Notes: generated by a model not told the origin, from the letters alone. A stretch of DNA of 64,000 nucleotides from Nitrospinales bacterium (GCA_965223345.1 CBDCWG010000012.1:1696001-1760000); one strand, 5' to 3'. Positions 29,863 through 39,809 are shown, counted from the first letter of the stretch. Translations and numbers: made by a program.

Positions 29863-29878
29863 GCAAAGGAGGTCTCGC

Positions 29879-30298
29879 ATGAAGCACTTCCCAAAACAGG
29901 AGCGGTTTCTGCGCGCGTCCCTGGGGGCAAACGCTGTGTTTTCGGGCATTTCGGGCCTTATCCTCGCCGCCGGGCACCCTTATCTCTCCGCCTGGATGGG
30001 ATTCCAATGGCCGCTGGTGTTGATGGCGGTCGGTCTGATGCTGATCCTGTTCGCGGCGGACATCATCTATCTGCTGCACCAGCCGGTGCTCAAGCGCTGG
30101 TCGGCCGCAGGGATCATCGGCGGGGATCTGTTGTGGGTGGCGGCGAGCGGCGTGCTGCTGCTCGGTTACCCGCATCTCTTCAACGCGACGGGGCAGGCGG
30201 CGGTGCTCGGCGTGGCTTTGCTGGTGCTGCTGTTTGCGGAACTGCAGGCCTTCGGACTGTGGAAGGTGGCGAAAAAAGAGAGTACTGCGAGTGCTTAA
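29879..30298 (+). CDS. Four-TM hypothetical membrane protein
   Basis: AGGAGG SD; hydrophobic helices; divergent from the HxlR regulator. Confidence 0.8.
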   Translation: MKHFPKQERFLRASLGANAVFSGISGLILAAGHPYLSAWMGFQWPLVLMAVGLMLILFAADIIYLLHQPVLKRWSAAGIIGGDLLWVAASGVLLLGYPHLFNATGQAAVLGVALLVLLFAELQAFGLWKVAKKESTASA

Positions 30299-30310
30299 AC
30301 ATGGAATTTA

Positions 30311-30364
30311 CCCTTTGACAGGCTCAGGGTGACACACAATTGTCATGCTGAGCTTGCCGAAGCA
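30311..30364. repeat. REP-like imperfect palindrome (CTTYGACARGCTCAG...GACA type)
   Basis: 30311-30334 is an imperfect inverted copy of 30341-30364. Confidence 0.7.
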
Positions 30365-30367
30365 TGA

Positions 30368-30390
30368 GCCTCGCGCAAAGACGCAAAGAA
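30368..30390 (+). repeat. GCAAAGAC-type short tandem repeat element
   Basis: GCCTCGCGCAAAGACGCAAAGAA; 22/23 identical to the reverse complement of 62666-62688. Confidence 0.75.
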
Positions 30391-30421
30391 TATAGAGTGA
30401 AAATAGAATGAAAATAAAAAA

Positions 30422-30549
30422 CCCTCAAGTCACCTTCAGTAATTTAATAAGCGAGTGTCGAGCTTGGCTCGACCTCCCCGGAGCGAGAGGGCGGGCCGAG
30501 CATAGCTCGGTACCCGCTCATGATACTCTGAAGGTTGCTTGGTTGAGGG
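30422..30549. repeat. Long degenerate palindrome (~128-nt rod-like hairpin)
   Basis: CCCTCAA/TTGAGGG, ACCTTCAG/CTGAAGGT, GCGAGTGTCGAGCT/AGCTCGGTACCCGC and GCTCG/CGAGC arms. Confidence 0.6.
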
Positions 30550-30576
30550 GGAAGAATGATCCTTCCTCTCAATCAC

Positions 30577-30858
30577 TCAATCGTTGCGGCTGGTGATCTC
30601 GATCAGGTGGAAGCCGAACTGGGTTTTCACCGGGCCGTGCACCTTGCCCACTTCTTCATTGAAAACCACCGTGTCGAACTCCGGCACCATCTGGCCGGGG
30701 TGAAACTCACCCAGCGTGCCGCCGTCCCGGCCCGAAGGGCACTTCGAGTGCTGCTTGGCCATGTCGGCGAAATCGGCGCCGCCTTCGATCTTGCTTTTCA
30801 AATCCGCGCATTCCTGTTCCGACCCGACGAGAATGTGCCGGGCGCTGGCTGTGGCCAT
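30577..30858 (-). CDS. ppiC: Parvulin peptidyl-prolyl isomerase
   Basis: ARHILV, FA-MAKQHSKCPS-GG-LG-F, KTQFGFHLI. Confidence 0.93.
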   Translation of the reverse strand: MATASARHILVGSEQECADLKSKIEGGADFADMAKQHSKCPSGRDGGTLGEFHPGQMVPEFDTVVFNEEVGKVHGPVKTQFGFHLIEITSRND

Positions 30859-31042
30859 GGGAATTTCCTTTCCTTAAGGGACAACGTTAAACGTAGTGCC
30901 TGAAATGACTTATGTTAAAGCCGCGTAACGTTGGCGTTGAAATCGGTTGGGTTATCCCGTCACTGTAGCGCTGGGGGAAGGTTGTGTCAAGTTTGTGGGG
31001 GGAGAGGTATGCAGGGAGGTCGAAAAAAAATTTACCGTATTA

Positions 31043-32266
31043 TTACGGTTGCACACTTTTGGCCGGTGGCGGGGTTTGCCAGAAATCGCCGCGGCGGCCG
31101 ATTTCGCGGCCGAGGTCCAGCAGGGACCGCATGTAGTCGGGATCGAACTCGGTGCTTCGATCGGCTTCCACATCGTTGGGGATCGATATTTTTTTGAAAG
31201 CAATGCCATCCCGGCGCGCCAGGAAATAGATTTCTTCGATGTTGGAGTTTGCCTGGTTGCGAAGCAGGGTCTTCAGGGAGCGTTCCGCGATGTCGCTGAT
31301 CTTGACGGAAGCGGGCTCGTAAGCGTTTTGGGTATTTGCATTGAAGATCAGGTATATTTCCCGCCGAAACGTCAAGCCCAGGATCTCGTTGAAGCGGTCG
31401 ACATGGATTTGCGCCGGATAGACGAACACCTGACGGGACACGCCGCCGTCTACATGCAATTCGGTGAAACGTTTGCCGTCGATCTCCCACTCGATGGGGA
31501 TCGGCGGGAAGAGGACCGGAATCGCCGCCGAGGCGAGAATGATTTTGCGAATGAGCGGAACCGCCTCTTTGCCGCGCCGCGAGGCGATCGCCCCGATATC
31601 CCAAACCATCGGCCGCATGGCGTCAAAATGGGTCGTGACGATAAAGAGTTTGCGTCCGAGCTTTTCCTGTTCGGCGATCGCCTCAACGACCTCAGGCGTG
31701 ATGTAGGTCGCTAAAAGTTTTTTCAAAGGCGTGGTATCCGAAAGTGCCGATCCGAATATCATCCCGGCCAACGATTCCAGGCTAAACACTCCATCGCGGT
31801 CCACGTTGGAATACATCCTGATCAGTGTCGAATCGTAATCCGAGCCCAGGAAGGCAAAGGGGGCGATGATCGCTCCGGTGCTGACACCGGTCACGACTTC
31901 AAATTGCGGCCGTTTGCCGGATTCGGTCCAGCCCGCCAGGATGCCGGCGCCAAACGCGCCGTTCGCACCGCCTCCGGATATGGCGAGCAAGGCGCTCACG
32001 GGGGCGGTTTCCGGTGTGGCGTTCACCGCTTCGGGAAAGCGGGCTCTCAGCACAGGCGCGTCCCTTTTGATTGCCTCATCGAGGTTCGGCGGCGCCGCAT
32101 CCCCCCAGAAACGCTCGGGGACGTGGGTCGAAAAATCCACTTTCTCGAATTCCGCCGCGCTGAGCGGAGTGTGTATCACCGTTTTCGCACAGCCTAAGGA
32201 CAGGCTGGCGATCAGGATCAGCAGCGCAACCGTTTTCAGAATGTTTGCCGAGATGGGAGCGTCCAC
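31043..32266 (-). CDS. Patatin-like phospholipase (probable lipoprotein)
   Basis: SGGGANG, GVSTG and DGG motifs; lipobox LGC. Confidence 0.88.
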   Translation of the reverse strand: MDAPISANILKTVALLILIASLSLGCAKTVIHTPLSAAEFEKVDFSTHVPERFWGDAAPPNLDEAIKRDAPVLRARFPEAVNATPETAPVSALLAISGGGANGAFGAGILAGWTESGKRPQFEVVTGVSTGAIIAPFAFLGSDYDSTLIRMYSNVDRDGVFSLESLAGMIFGSALSDTTPLKKLLATYITPEVVEAIAEQEKLGRKLFIVTTHFDAMRPMVWDIGAIASRRGKEAVPLIRKIILASAAIPVLFPPIPIEWEIDGKRFTELHVDGGVSRQVFVYPAQIHVDRFNEILGLTFRREIYLIFNANTQNAYEPASVKISDIAERSLKTLLRNQANSNIEEIYFLARRDGIAFKKISIPNDVEADRSTEFDPDYMRSLLDLGREIGRRGDFWQTPPPAKSVQP

Positions 32267-32277
32267 GCCTCGCCCGC

Positions 32278-33303
32278 CTAAAACAAACTTTCCTGTCCGG
32301 CCTGTTCCGGGGGCAGCAGGCCGAAGTGGCGGTAGGCGAGGGGGGTGGCGACGCGGCCGCGCGGGGTGCGGTGGATGAAGCCACTCTGCATGAGGTAAGG
32401 TTCGAGCACATCCTCGATGGTGTCTTTCTCTTCGCTGATGGAGGCGGCCAGGCTCTCGATGCCCACCGGCCCGCCGGCGAATTTTTCGATCAGCGTGCGC
32501 AGCAGTTTGTGGTCCATCTTGTCCAGCCCCTTGTCGTCCACTTCCATCATCTCCAGAGATTTCTGCGCCACGGTGCGCTCGATGACGCCGTTGGCCTTGA
32601 CCTGCGCGTAGTCGCGCACGCGCCGGAGCAGCCGGTTGGCGATGCGCGGGGTGCCGCGCGAGCGGCGGGCGATCTCGTTGGCGCCGTCTTCGGTGGTCTC
32701 GACCTCCAGGATGGAGGCGGAGCGGGTGACGATGGTTTCCAGTTCCTTTTCGGAGTAATAGTCCAGCCGGTGCACCACGCCGAAGCGGTCGCGCAGTGGC
32801 GAGGTGAGCAGGCCTGCCCGCGTCGTCGCGCCGATCAGGGTGAAGGGCGGCAGGTCCAGCTTGATGGAGCGGGCGCTTGGCCCCTGGCCGATGAGGATGT
32901 CGAGCTTGTAGTCCTCCATGGCCGAGTACAGCACTTCCTCGATGGCGTTCGACAGCCGGTGGATCTCGTCGATGAACAGGATGTCGCCTTCCTTCAGGTT
33001 GGTGAGCAGCGCCGCGAGGTCGCCGGATTTTTCGATCACCGGGCCCGAGGTGCTTTTGAGGTTCGCACCCATCTCCTGGGCGATGATGTTGGCGAGCGTG
33101 GTTTTGCCCAGCCCCGGCGGTCCATAGAACAGCGCGTGGTCCAGCGCTTCACCGCGCAGCTTGGCGGCGGAGATGAAGATCTCCAGATTGCTCTTCACCT
33201 TCTCCTGCCCGACGTAATCGCCGAAGTTGACCGGACGCAGCTTCGAGTCGAACTGGACGTCTTCCGTGTCGAGGGTGGGGTCCATCATGGCATCGTGTTC
33301 CAT
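32278..33303 (-). CDS. ruvB: Holliday junction helicase RuvB
   Basis: [31 protein letters not shown]. Confidence 0.97.
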   Translation of the reverse strand: MEHDAMMDPTLDTEDVQFDSKLRPVNFGDYVGQEKVKSNLEIFISAAKLRGEALDHALFYGPPGLGKTTLANIIAQEMGANLKSTSGPVIEKSGDLAALLTNLKEGDILFIDEIHRLSNAIEEVLYSAMEDYKLDILIGQGPSARSIKLDLPPFTLIGATTRAGLLTSPLRDRFGVVHRLDYYSEKELETIVTRSASILEVETTEDGANEIARRSRGTPRIANRLLRRVRDYAQVKANGVIERTVAQKSLEMMEVDDKGLDKMDHKLLRTLIEKFAGGPVGIESLAASISEEKDTIEDVLEPYLMQSGFIHRTPRGRVATPLAYRHFGLLPPEQAGQESLF

Positions 33304-33306
33304 TTT

Positions 33307-33903
33307 TTAAGACAGCACGCTCAGGCTGTCCTTGATCAGATCCTGCAAATTGGATTTCTGGTCGTCCCGCTCCCAGATCGATTTGAGCGCTTTCTCCGCC
33401 TCGGGTTTTTTGTAGCCCAGGTTGATGAGCGCCGAAAGCGCGTCGTCCATGACCCCGCTGGTGGCGGTGGCCCCGGCCGCGGGCAGAAACTCGACCTGCA
33501 CGTCGGCGAGCTTGTCCTTCATCTCCAGCGCCAGCCGTTCGGCGGTTTTCTTGCCGACGCCGGGGATGGTGGCGATGCGCGCGACGTCGTGCTCCATGAC
33601 GGCGGTCATCAATTCCTGCGGCGGCATGCCGGACAATATGGAGAGCGCCAGCTTGGGGCCGACCTTGCTGATGCCGATCAGCTTTTCGAACACCATCTGC
33701 TCCTCCTGCGTGAGGAAGCCGAACAGCTTCAGGGCGTCGTCGCGCAGGTGGGTATGGATGTTGACGGCGACGGTCTCCCCGGTTTCCGGCAGGGCGTAGA
33801 AGGTGGAGAGCGGCACGAACACCTGATAGCCGACGCCCTGCACGTCCACCACGATGTGCACCGGCGATTTGGATCTCAGCGTTCCGGTCAGATGCGCGAT
33901 CAT
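33307..33903 (-). CDS. ruvA: Holliday junction binding protein RuvA
   Basis: MIAHLTG, GVGY, VGPKLA, PGVGKKTAER, ALINLGY. Confidence 0.96.
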   Translation of the reverse strand: MIAHLTGTLRSKSPVHIVVDVQGVGYQVFVPLSTFYALPETGETVAVNIHTHLRDDALKLFGFLTQEEQMVFEKLIGISKVGPKLALSILSGMPPQELMTAVMEHDVARIATIPGVGKKTAERLALEMKDKLADVQVEFLPAAGATATSGVMDDALSALINLGYKKPEAEKALKSIWERDDQKSNLQDLIKDSLSVLS

Positions 33904-33904
33904 A

Positions 33905-34402
33905 TCAGCGGCCCGTCTTGAGGCGGGCTTTGTGGGTTGCGGTGTGCAAATGGCAGATGGCGACGGCGAGCGCGTCGGCGGCGTCGAAGGGCTCGGGTTT
34001 TTCCTTGAGGCCCAGAAGCGCCGTGACCATCGTCTGCACCTGGATCTTGTCGGCGCGGCCGTAGCCGACGACGGACTGCTTCACTTCCAGCGGGCTGTAT
34101 TCGGCGATCTCCCGGTCCTCGTTGACCGCGGCCAGAAGCGTCGCACCGCGGGTCTGCCCCAGCTTGAGGGCGGATTTGGCGTTGTTGGCGAAGAACAGAT
34201 CCTCCACCGCCACCGCGTCGGGCGCGAATTCGCGGATCACGGCCACCAGATCGTTGTAGATGCGTTTCAGCCGTTCGGGAAACGGATGGCGGGCGTTGTT
34301 GCGGATGCCGCCCCAGTGCACAGCGCGCAGCTGCCCTTTGGTTTCTTCGATGATGCCGTAACCGGTGCAGTTGCTGCCGGGATCGATGCCCATCACGCGC
34401 AT
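33905..34402 (-). CDS. ruvC: Holliday junction resolvase RuvC
   Basis: GIDPG, VE, GYGRADK, DAADALA. Confidence 0.96.
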   Translation of the reverse strand: MRVMGIDPGSNCTGYGIIEETKGQLRAVHWGGIRNNARHPFPERLKRIYNDLVAVIREFAPDAVAVEDLFFANNAKSALKLGQTRGATLLAAVNEDREIAEYSPLEVKQSVVGYGRADKIQVQTMVTALLGLKEKPEPFDAADALAVAICHLHTATHKARLKTGR

Positions 34403-34531
34403 AATTTTTTGCCGGGTAGTTGGAAGTGAAAGAATGAAAGACAGGTTGTTATCGGAACCAACGGGGACAGCGTGCTGCGGAATTAGGATACCACGTTCGC
34501 GGTTTGTTTTGAGCCGGGACGGTGAAAAACT

Positions 34532-35284
34532 TTATTCCTGTTCGAGGGCGGCGAGGACTTCGTCGGAGATGTCGAAGTTGGAGTAGACTTTCTGCACGTC
34601 GTCGTGGTCGTCGAGCGATTCCATGAGCCGCAAAAGCTGCTTGGAGTGTTTTTCCTCGATGGGAACGGTGTTCTGCGGCAGGCGGGTGAGTTCGGCGACG
34701 TCCATCTTCACGTTCTGTTCTTCCAGCGATTTGCGCACGGTCTCGAAGTTTTCGACGGAGGTGGTGATCTCGTAGTGATCGCCCACGGTTTTCATGTCTT
34801 CGGCGCCCGCTTCCAGAGCCGCTTCGAACAGTTCGTCCTCGCCTTTTTCCTCTTTCTTGACGGTGATGAATCCCTTCTGCTCGAAAATCCACGCGACGCA
34901 GCCGTTTTCCCCCATGTTGCCGCCGTTTTTTCCGAGGATGGCGCGCAGCTCGCTCACGGTGCGGTTTTTGTTGTCGGTCATCACTTCCATGAAGATCGCC
35001 GCGCCGCCGGGTCCGTAGCCTTCGTAGGTGATCTCTTCGTACTGCGTGCCTTCCAGCTCGCCGGTACCTTTTTTGATGGCGCGGTTGATGTTGTCCTGTG
35101 GCATGTTCTGGCCCTTCGCCGCCTGCACCGCGGTGCGGAGCCGCGGGTTGCCGTCGATGTCGCCGCCGCCCAGCCGCGCCGCCACGGTGATCTCCTTGAT
35201 GAGCTTGGTGAAGATCTTGCCGCGCTTGGCGTCCAAAGCCCCTTTCTTATGCTTGATACTGGCCCATTTGGAATGTCCGGACAT
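34532..35284 (-). CDS. yebC: YebC/PmpR family protein
   Basis: [38 protein letters not shown]. Confidence 0.96.
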   Translation of the reverse strand: MSGHSKWASIKHKKGALDAKRGKIFTKLIKEITVAARLGGGDIDGNPRLRTAVQAAKGQNMPQDNINRAIKKGTGELEGTQYEEITYEGYGPGGAAIFMEVMTDNKNRTVSELRAILGKNGGNMGENGCVAWIFEQKGFITVKKEEKGEDELFEAALEAGAEDMKTVGDHYEITTSVENFETVRKSLEEQNVKMDVAELTRLPQNTVPIEEKHSKQLLRLMESLDDHDDVQKVYSNFDISDEVLAALEQE

Positions 35285-35434
35285 CGGGAACCCTTTGTAG
35301 TTTATGAATCTGACGCTAATTTAGCATAGAATCCCAACCCCGGCAACCGAAGGCGGCAAACATAGCGGCGGAAGCAGGGAAGGCTTGAAACTCATACGGG
35401 TTGCCACTAACATGGATGGCCTAAACGCTTATTT

Positions 35435-36133
35435 TTGCGAGAAAAGCCCTTGAATAAAGACAGCGAAACGGTGGAAATCAAGGTGGCCGGGCAGCCGGTC
35501 ACCGCCCGGGCGGGGGAGACGATCGTGCACGCGCTGTGGGCTGCGGGGCTGGCGGACGCGGTGAAGACCGGTTGCGTCGGCGGCGTCTGCGGGGCCTGCA
35601 CGGTCACGGTGCGGTTTGCGGACGGCCGGCCCGGAGGCGGCACGGATCTGGCTTGCCTCCGCCCGGTGGAAGCGGGCATGGAGGTGTTTCCCTGTCCGGT
35701 GGACCCCGCGCCTGCAAAGGAACCGGTTGCCGATCCTTCGATGGAACACTTGCAGGCGGCGTTTCCCACCCTCAACCGCTGCACGAAATGCGGCAGCTGC
35801 ACCACCGCCTGCCCGATGTCGATCCCGGTGATGGACTCGGTGCTGCGCATGCAGGAAGGCAAATTCGACGCGGTGAGCGAGGATTTCACCGCCTGCATCC
35901 ATTGCGGTCTGTGCCGCTTCGTGTGCGAGGACAAGGTGCTGCCGCACACGATGGGGATGTGGGTGCGGCGCAGCATGGGCAAAGAGCGGCATGCGGCGGC
36001 AGCGCAGGATGAAAATCCCGCCGTGGAGGATGCGGCGGCGCAAAGCGAATGGGCCTATCTGCTGGAGGGCGATGCGGCCGAGCGGCTCAAGCGGGCGAAG
36101 CATTTCCGCCAGTACGGAATGGGTGAGGCGTGA
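35435..36133 (+). CDS. Fumarate reductase/succinate dehydrogenase-like Fe-S subunit (2Fe-2S plus two 4Fe-4S), Aquificae-type FrdB-like
   Basis: GC-x4-CGAC...LAC; CTKCGSCTTACP; CIHCGLCRFVC; start uncertain (TTG/GTG). Confidence 0.8.
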   Translation: MREKPLNKDSETVEIKVAGQPVTARAGETIVHALWAAGLADAVKTGCVGGVCGACTVTVRFADGRPGGGTDLACLRPVEAGMEVFPCPVDPAPAKEPVADPSMEHLQAAFPTLNRCTKCGSCTTACPMSIPVMDSVLRMQEGKFDAVSEDFTACIHCGLCRFVCEDKVLPHTMGMWVRRSMGKERHAAAAQDENPAVEDAAAQSEWAYLLEGDAAERLKRAKHFRQYGMGEA

Positions 36134-37806
36134 TGGACTGGGCGAAACAATCTCTCGACAAGCTTGCGGCCAGCCGCGCGCGGCGTCTGAAGCAGACCCT
36201 GCCGCTGCCGGGCGACGCCGAGCAGGACGCGTTGCTGAAAGCCTATCACCCCGATTACCTGGGAAAAGAGCGGACGGTGTGCGTCGGTGCCAACGCCGGA
36301 TCGCAGAAATTTCCGCCGGAACTGGCTCAGCTTCTGGAATCGGACAGCCCGCTGCCGCAGGGTCACGAACCGAAGGTCGAGCTGAAGACGGATGTGTTGA
36401 TCCTGGGCGGCGGCGGCGCGGGGGTGTCGGCGGCGCTCGCGCTGCAGGGCTCCGGGCTTGCGGTCGCGCTCGCCACCAAGCTGCGTCTGGGGGACAGCAA
36501 CACGGTGATGGCCGAAGGCGGCATCCAGGCGTCGCTCGGGTCCGGCGATTCGCCGCGCCGGCATTTTGCTGACTCTTATGTGGGTGGGCACGGCAACAAC
36601 GATGTGAACCTGCTGCGCATCCTCTGCGAGAGCGCCACCGGCAGCGTGGACTGGCTGAGCTCGCTGGGCTGCCTGTTCGACCGCAACGACGATGGCACCT
36701 ACCGCCTGCGCGCCGGCGGCGGCACCTCGGTCCCGCGCGTGCTGGCCTGCCGCGACTACACCGGGCTGGAGATCATGCGCGTGCTGAAAGACGCGCTGCT
36801 TGCGACCGAGACGCGGCTGCTGGAAGACCACGCCGCCGTGGAGTTGACCGACGACGGCGACGGCGCGGTCACGGGTGCGGTGTTGTGGAACCGCGGGAAC
36901 GGAACGCTGACCACGGTATCGGCGCGGGCGGTGATCCTCGCCACCGGCGGCAGCGGACAACTCAGATTGCAGGGATTTCCCACCAGCAACCATCTCGGCG
37001 CGACCGGCGACGGGTTGATCCTGGCGTACCGGCAGGGTTGTGAGTTGCGGCATGCGGACAGTTTTCAGTACCATCCCTCGGGGGCGGCGTATCCGGAGGC
37101 GCTCGCCGGGCAGCTGGTGACCGAGGCGATCCGCTCGGCGGGGGCGCAGGTGGTCAACGCCGAGGGCGAGGCGTACATCGACGCGCTGGTCACCCGCGAC
37201 GTGCTGGCGGCGGCGACGCTTAAGGAAGTGGCTGAAGGCCGCGGCGTTCAGACCCCGGCGGGCCGCAAGGGCGTCTGGCTCGACACGCCGCTCATCGAAG
37301 TGCAAAAAGGCGAGGGGACGCTGAGGCGGCAGTTTCCGAGCATCATCCACCGCTTCGAGCGTTACGGCATCGACCCCGCGCAACAGCCGATCCTCGTGCA
37401 CCCGACCCTGCACTACCAGAACGGCGGCATCCGCACCGATGCGGACGGCCTCACGCAGGTACCAGGATTGTGGGCCGCGGGCGAAGTGACGGGCGGGCTG
37501 CACGGCACCAACAGGCTGATGGGCAATTCCCTGCTCGACATCACGGTGTTCGGCCGCCGGGCGGCGCAGTCGGTGCGGAACCACCTGCCGGAACGCGGAG
37601 CGGTGACGCTCACGGCGCTGGCCAACTTCCGCAAACAGCGCGCGGATGCCGAGGGGTTGTCCGGTGACACCGCGCCGCTGTTTTTCCCCGTCGTCTCGGG
37701 CATGAAGTTCAGCCTGGCCGAATCGGCATCCGCTGCGGAAGAAGCGTCGCCCCCCGAATCCCAGACCGCATCCTCCTTCGAACCGCCGGACCCGTTCGCC
37801 CGGTGA
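36130..37806 (+). CDS. Fumarate reductase/succinate dehydrogenase-family flavoprotein, Aquificae-type FrdA-like
   Basis: GGGGAG FAD motif, SNTVMAEGG, QYHP, TEAIR, RD, HYQNGG, HGTNRLMGNSL. Confidence 0.85.
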   Translation: MMDWAKQSLDKLAASRARRLKQTLPLPGDAEQDALLKAYHPDYLGKERTVCVGANAGSQKFPPELAQLLESDSPLPQGHEPKVELKTDVLILGGGGAGVSAALALQGSGLAVALATKLRLGDSNTVMAEGGIQASLGSGDSPRRHFADSYVGGHGNNDVNLLRILCESATGSVDWLSSLGCLFDRNDDGTYRLRAGGGTSVPRVLACRDYTGLEIMRVLKDALLATETRLLEDHAAVELTDDGDGAVTGAVLWNRGNGTLTTVSARAVILATGGSGQLRLQGFPTSNHLGATGDGLILAYRQGCELRHADSFQYHPSGAAYPEALAGQLVTEAIRSAGAQVVNAEGEAYIDALVTRDVLAAATLKEVAEGRGVQTPAGRKGVWLDTPLIEVQKGEGTLRRQFPSIIHRFERYGIDPAQQPILVHPTLHYQNGGIRTDADGLTQVPGLWAAGEVTGGLHGTNRLMGNSLLDITVFGRRAAQSVRNHLPERGAVTLTALANFRKQRADAEGLSGDTAPLFFPVVSGMKFSLAESASAAEEASPPESQTASSFEPPDPFAR

Positions 37807-37842
37807 TGCCTTCCCAACCTCAGCCTGAGGCCTGCTGAAAAA

Positions 37843-38415
37843 ATGGTGTCCGAAATCCTCACGGTGTACGGAGTGAAAATCGCGGCGGGGCTGGTGGTGC
37901 TGGTCACGCTGGTGGTGCTTCTGTTCCGGCAGAGCCGCGAACTGCCGCAGGGAGCGGTTTCGGTCGAGGAAAAAATCAAGCGGCTCGGCGACGAATACGT
38001 GGTGGTCAACGATGTGGTGCTGCCGGGTTTCCGCGGCATGAACCGCATCGATCACGTCGTCGTCTCGCCGTTCGGCGTGTTCGTGGTCACCGTGCGCCGC
38101 CAGACCGGCAAGGTGCGCGGCGAGGAGGGGGACCGGGAATGGGAGGTGAAATCCGGCCGGAACCGCGACACGATCTACAACCCGCTCTGGGACAACCGCA
38201 AGCAGATGAACGCATTGGAGGAAACGCTCGGCCGCTATCCCTACGTTCCGGTGGTGGTGTTCACGCAGGCGAAACTGAAAGGGCACTTTCCGGAAAACGT
38301 GGTGCCGCTCAGCCGGCTGCCCGGTTTTCTGCGCAAATACCGCAAGCGGGTGCTGTTCTCCGACAAGCAGGAGACGGTGCTGGAAAAACTGAAGGTCCTG
38401 AAGAACACCGCCTGA
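37843..38415 (+). CDS. Membrane-anchored NERD-domain protein
   Basis: N-terminal TM; IDHVVVSPFGVFVV, W, YNP pattern. Confidence 0.75.
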   Translation: MVSEILTVYGVKIAAGLVVLVTLVVLLFRQSRELPQGAVSVEEKIKRLGDEYVVVNDVVLPGFRGMNRIDHVVVSPFGVFVVTVRRQTGKVRGEEGDREWEVKSGRNRDTIYNPLWDNRKQMNALEETLGRYPYVPVVVFTQAKLKGHFPENVVPLSRLPGFLRKYRKRVLFSDKQETVLEKLKVLKNTA

Positions 38416-38446
38416 TTCCTGGGCATTGACGGAGATGCGGCTGCTC

Positions 38447-38716
38447 TTAATTCCGGTTTTTACTCGATGGGGGGTGCGACATTTTCATATAAACACCGCC
38501 TTTTTCGAGTTCATCGAGCATCTGGCAAAGCCGTTTTTCTTTTGTTTCCTGAAGTTTCGCCTTGCTTATCCATCCGATGTAATCATTCTGTTGATAGGCG
38601 GGCCGCGCTTCGTATTCGGCGACCAACCCACGTCTTTTTAATGCCCGTTTGACAAAGTCCGGCATTTGAAGTTTGGGTCGTGTTAAATTTCCGCTCTTTC
38701 TATGGATCTTTTTCAC
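38447..38716 (-). CDS. YdeI/OmpD-associated family protein
   Basis: MPDFV-AL...Y-ARPAYQQNDYIGWI-AK-ETKEKRL-QML-EL-GG-YM. Confidence 0.8.
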   Translation of the reverse strand: MKKIHRKSGNLTRPKLQMPDFVKRALKRRGLVAEYEARPAYQQNDYIGWISKAKLQETKEKRLCQMLDELEKGGVYMKMSHPPSSKNRN

Positions 38717-39627
38717 TGTTTGACCAGCTCCACGCGGCGGTTCAGGCTGCGGCCTTCCTCGGTGGAGTTGGAGGCGGCGGGCGCGAGCGGGCCGACGCCG
38801 AACGGGGCGAGACGGTTGCCCGCCACTTCGTACTTGTCGATGAGGGATTGCACCACGGCCTGGGCGCGTTCGTTGGACAGGTTCATATTGACTTCCAGCG
38901 GGCCCACGGCGTCGGTGTGGCCGACGACGAACAGCTTGAGGGATTTTCTCAGTTGCAGCAGCGTGGCGATTTCCTTGAGGGCGGGTTCCGACTCGGGTTT
39001 GATGCTGGATTTGCCGGTGTCGAAGTAGATGCCGTAAATCCGCACACGTCCCAATTGATCGATGTCCTCGCCGAGGGTTTGCGCGTTGACGGAAACCAGC
39101 CCGGTTTCCATCGATTTAATTTCGATCACGTCCACCTGCGTGCGGTTGCGTCCCACCATCACCGAAACGTAGGCTTCCTGGCCGCCGGATTCGATGCGGC
39201 CCGCCAGATAACGGCTCTTGTTCCCGGTGTAGGCGGAGATTCCGTTGAAGCGGCTCCAGTGGCTGGCGGAAATGCCGGCGCCGCAGCCTTCGCCGGAACA
39301 CTGAAAGATGGTTTTCATGCCGCCTTTGTTGAGCGCCATTTCGAAATTCTTGTAGATCTCCAGCGTGGAGCGTTCCTTCGGGTTCGAATACACGATCCGC
39401 GTGACCCTTCCCGCCAGCTTTTTGCCGACGAACTCGCCTTTTTCCAGATCGATGCCCTTGATGAAATTGTATTCATCGAATTCCTTGACGCTGTATTTCT
39501 GAATCTGCGAGCCGGGGAAGCGGGAAACCAGCGGGTGATCTCCGCGCACCGCCCAGCTTTCACCGGGCAGGACAAACAACGGGGCGAGGATCGGGATAAT
39601 CAGTAACAGAATACTTATGCGGCGCAT
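38713..39627 (-). CDS. OmpA-family protein with DUF4892-like N-terminal domain
   Basis: DHPLVSRFPGS; IYFDTGK, VVGHTD, LSNERA, NRRVEL. Confidence 0.9.
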   Translation of the reverse strand: MRRISILLLIIPILAPLFVLPGESWAVRGDHPLVSRFPGSQIQKYSVKEFDEYNFIKGIDLEKGEFVGKKLAGRVTRIVYSNPKERSTLEIYKNFEMALNKGGMKTIFQCSGEGCGAGISASHWSRFNGISAYTGNKSRYLAGRIESGGQEAYVSVMVGRNRTQVDVIEIKSMETGLVSVNAQTLGEDIDQLGRVRIYGIYFDTGKSSIKPESEPALKEIATLLQLRKSLKLFVVGHTDAVGPLEVNMNLSNERAQAVVQSLIDKYEVAGNRLAPFGVGPLAPAASNSTEEGRSLNRRVELVKQ

Positions 39628-39809
39628 GTATCGACTCCGGGTGCTGACAATGAAAAGGGTGGGGCCATTCGCCCACCCGGTGTTGACGGTTTCGACTGGT
39701 TCGGGAAACGGTCCAATTATAGCTTCGCGCTTCCCCGATGAAAAGATGCAAGCTTCAACTCTGAAAGCTTAGCATAAAACGCCGAGTGACAATGTCTTAG
39801 CTTTTTTTG

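Noticed and set aside
30422..30549. 6S RNA or SRP RNA identity for the long hairpin
   Set aside because: Too short for a typical 6S RNA, and the SRP domain IV GGAA-loop motif is not evident; cannot be assigned without a covariance search
38447..38716. YdeI-like gene as another repeat-flanked cassette
   Set aside because: Somewhat AT-rich, but no family A or B repeats flank it and it overlaps the ompA-like stop codon
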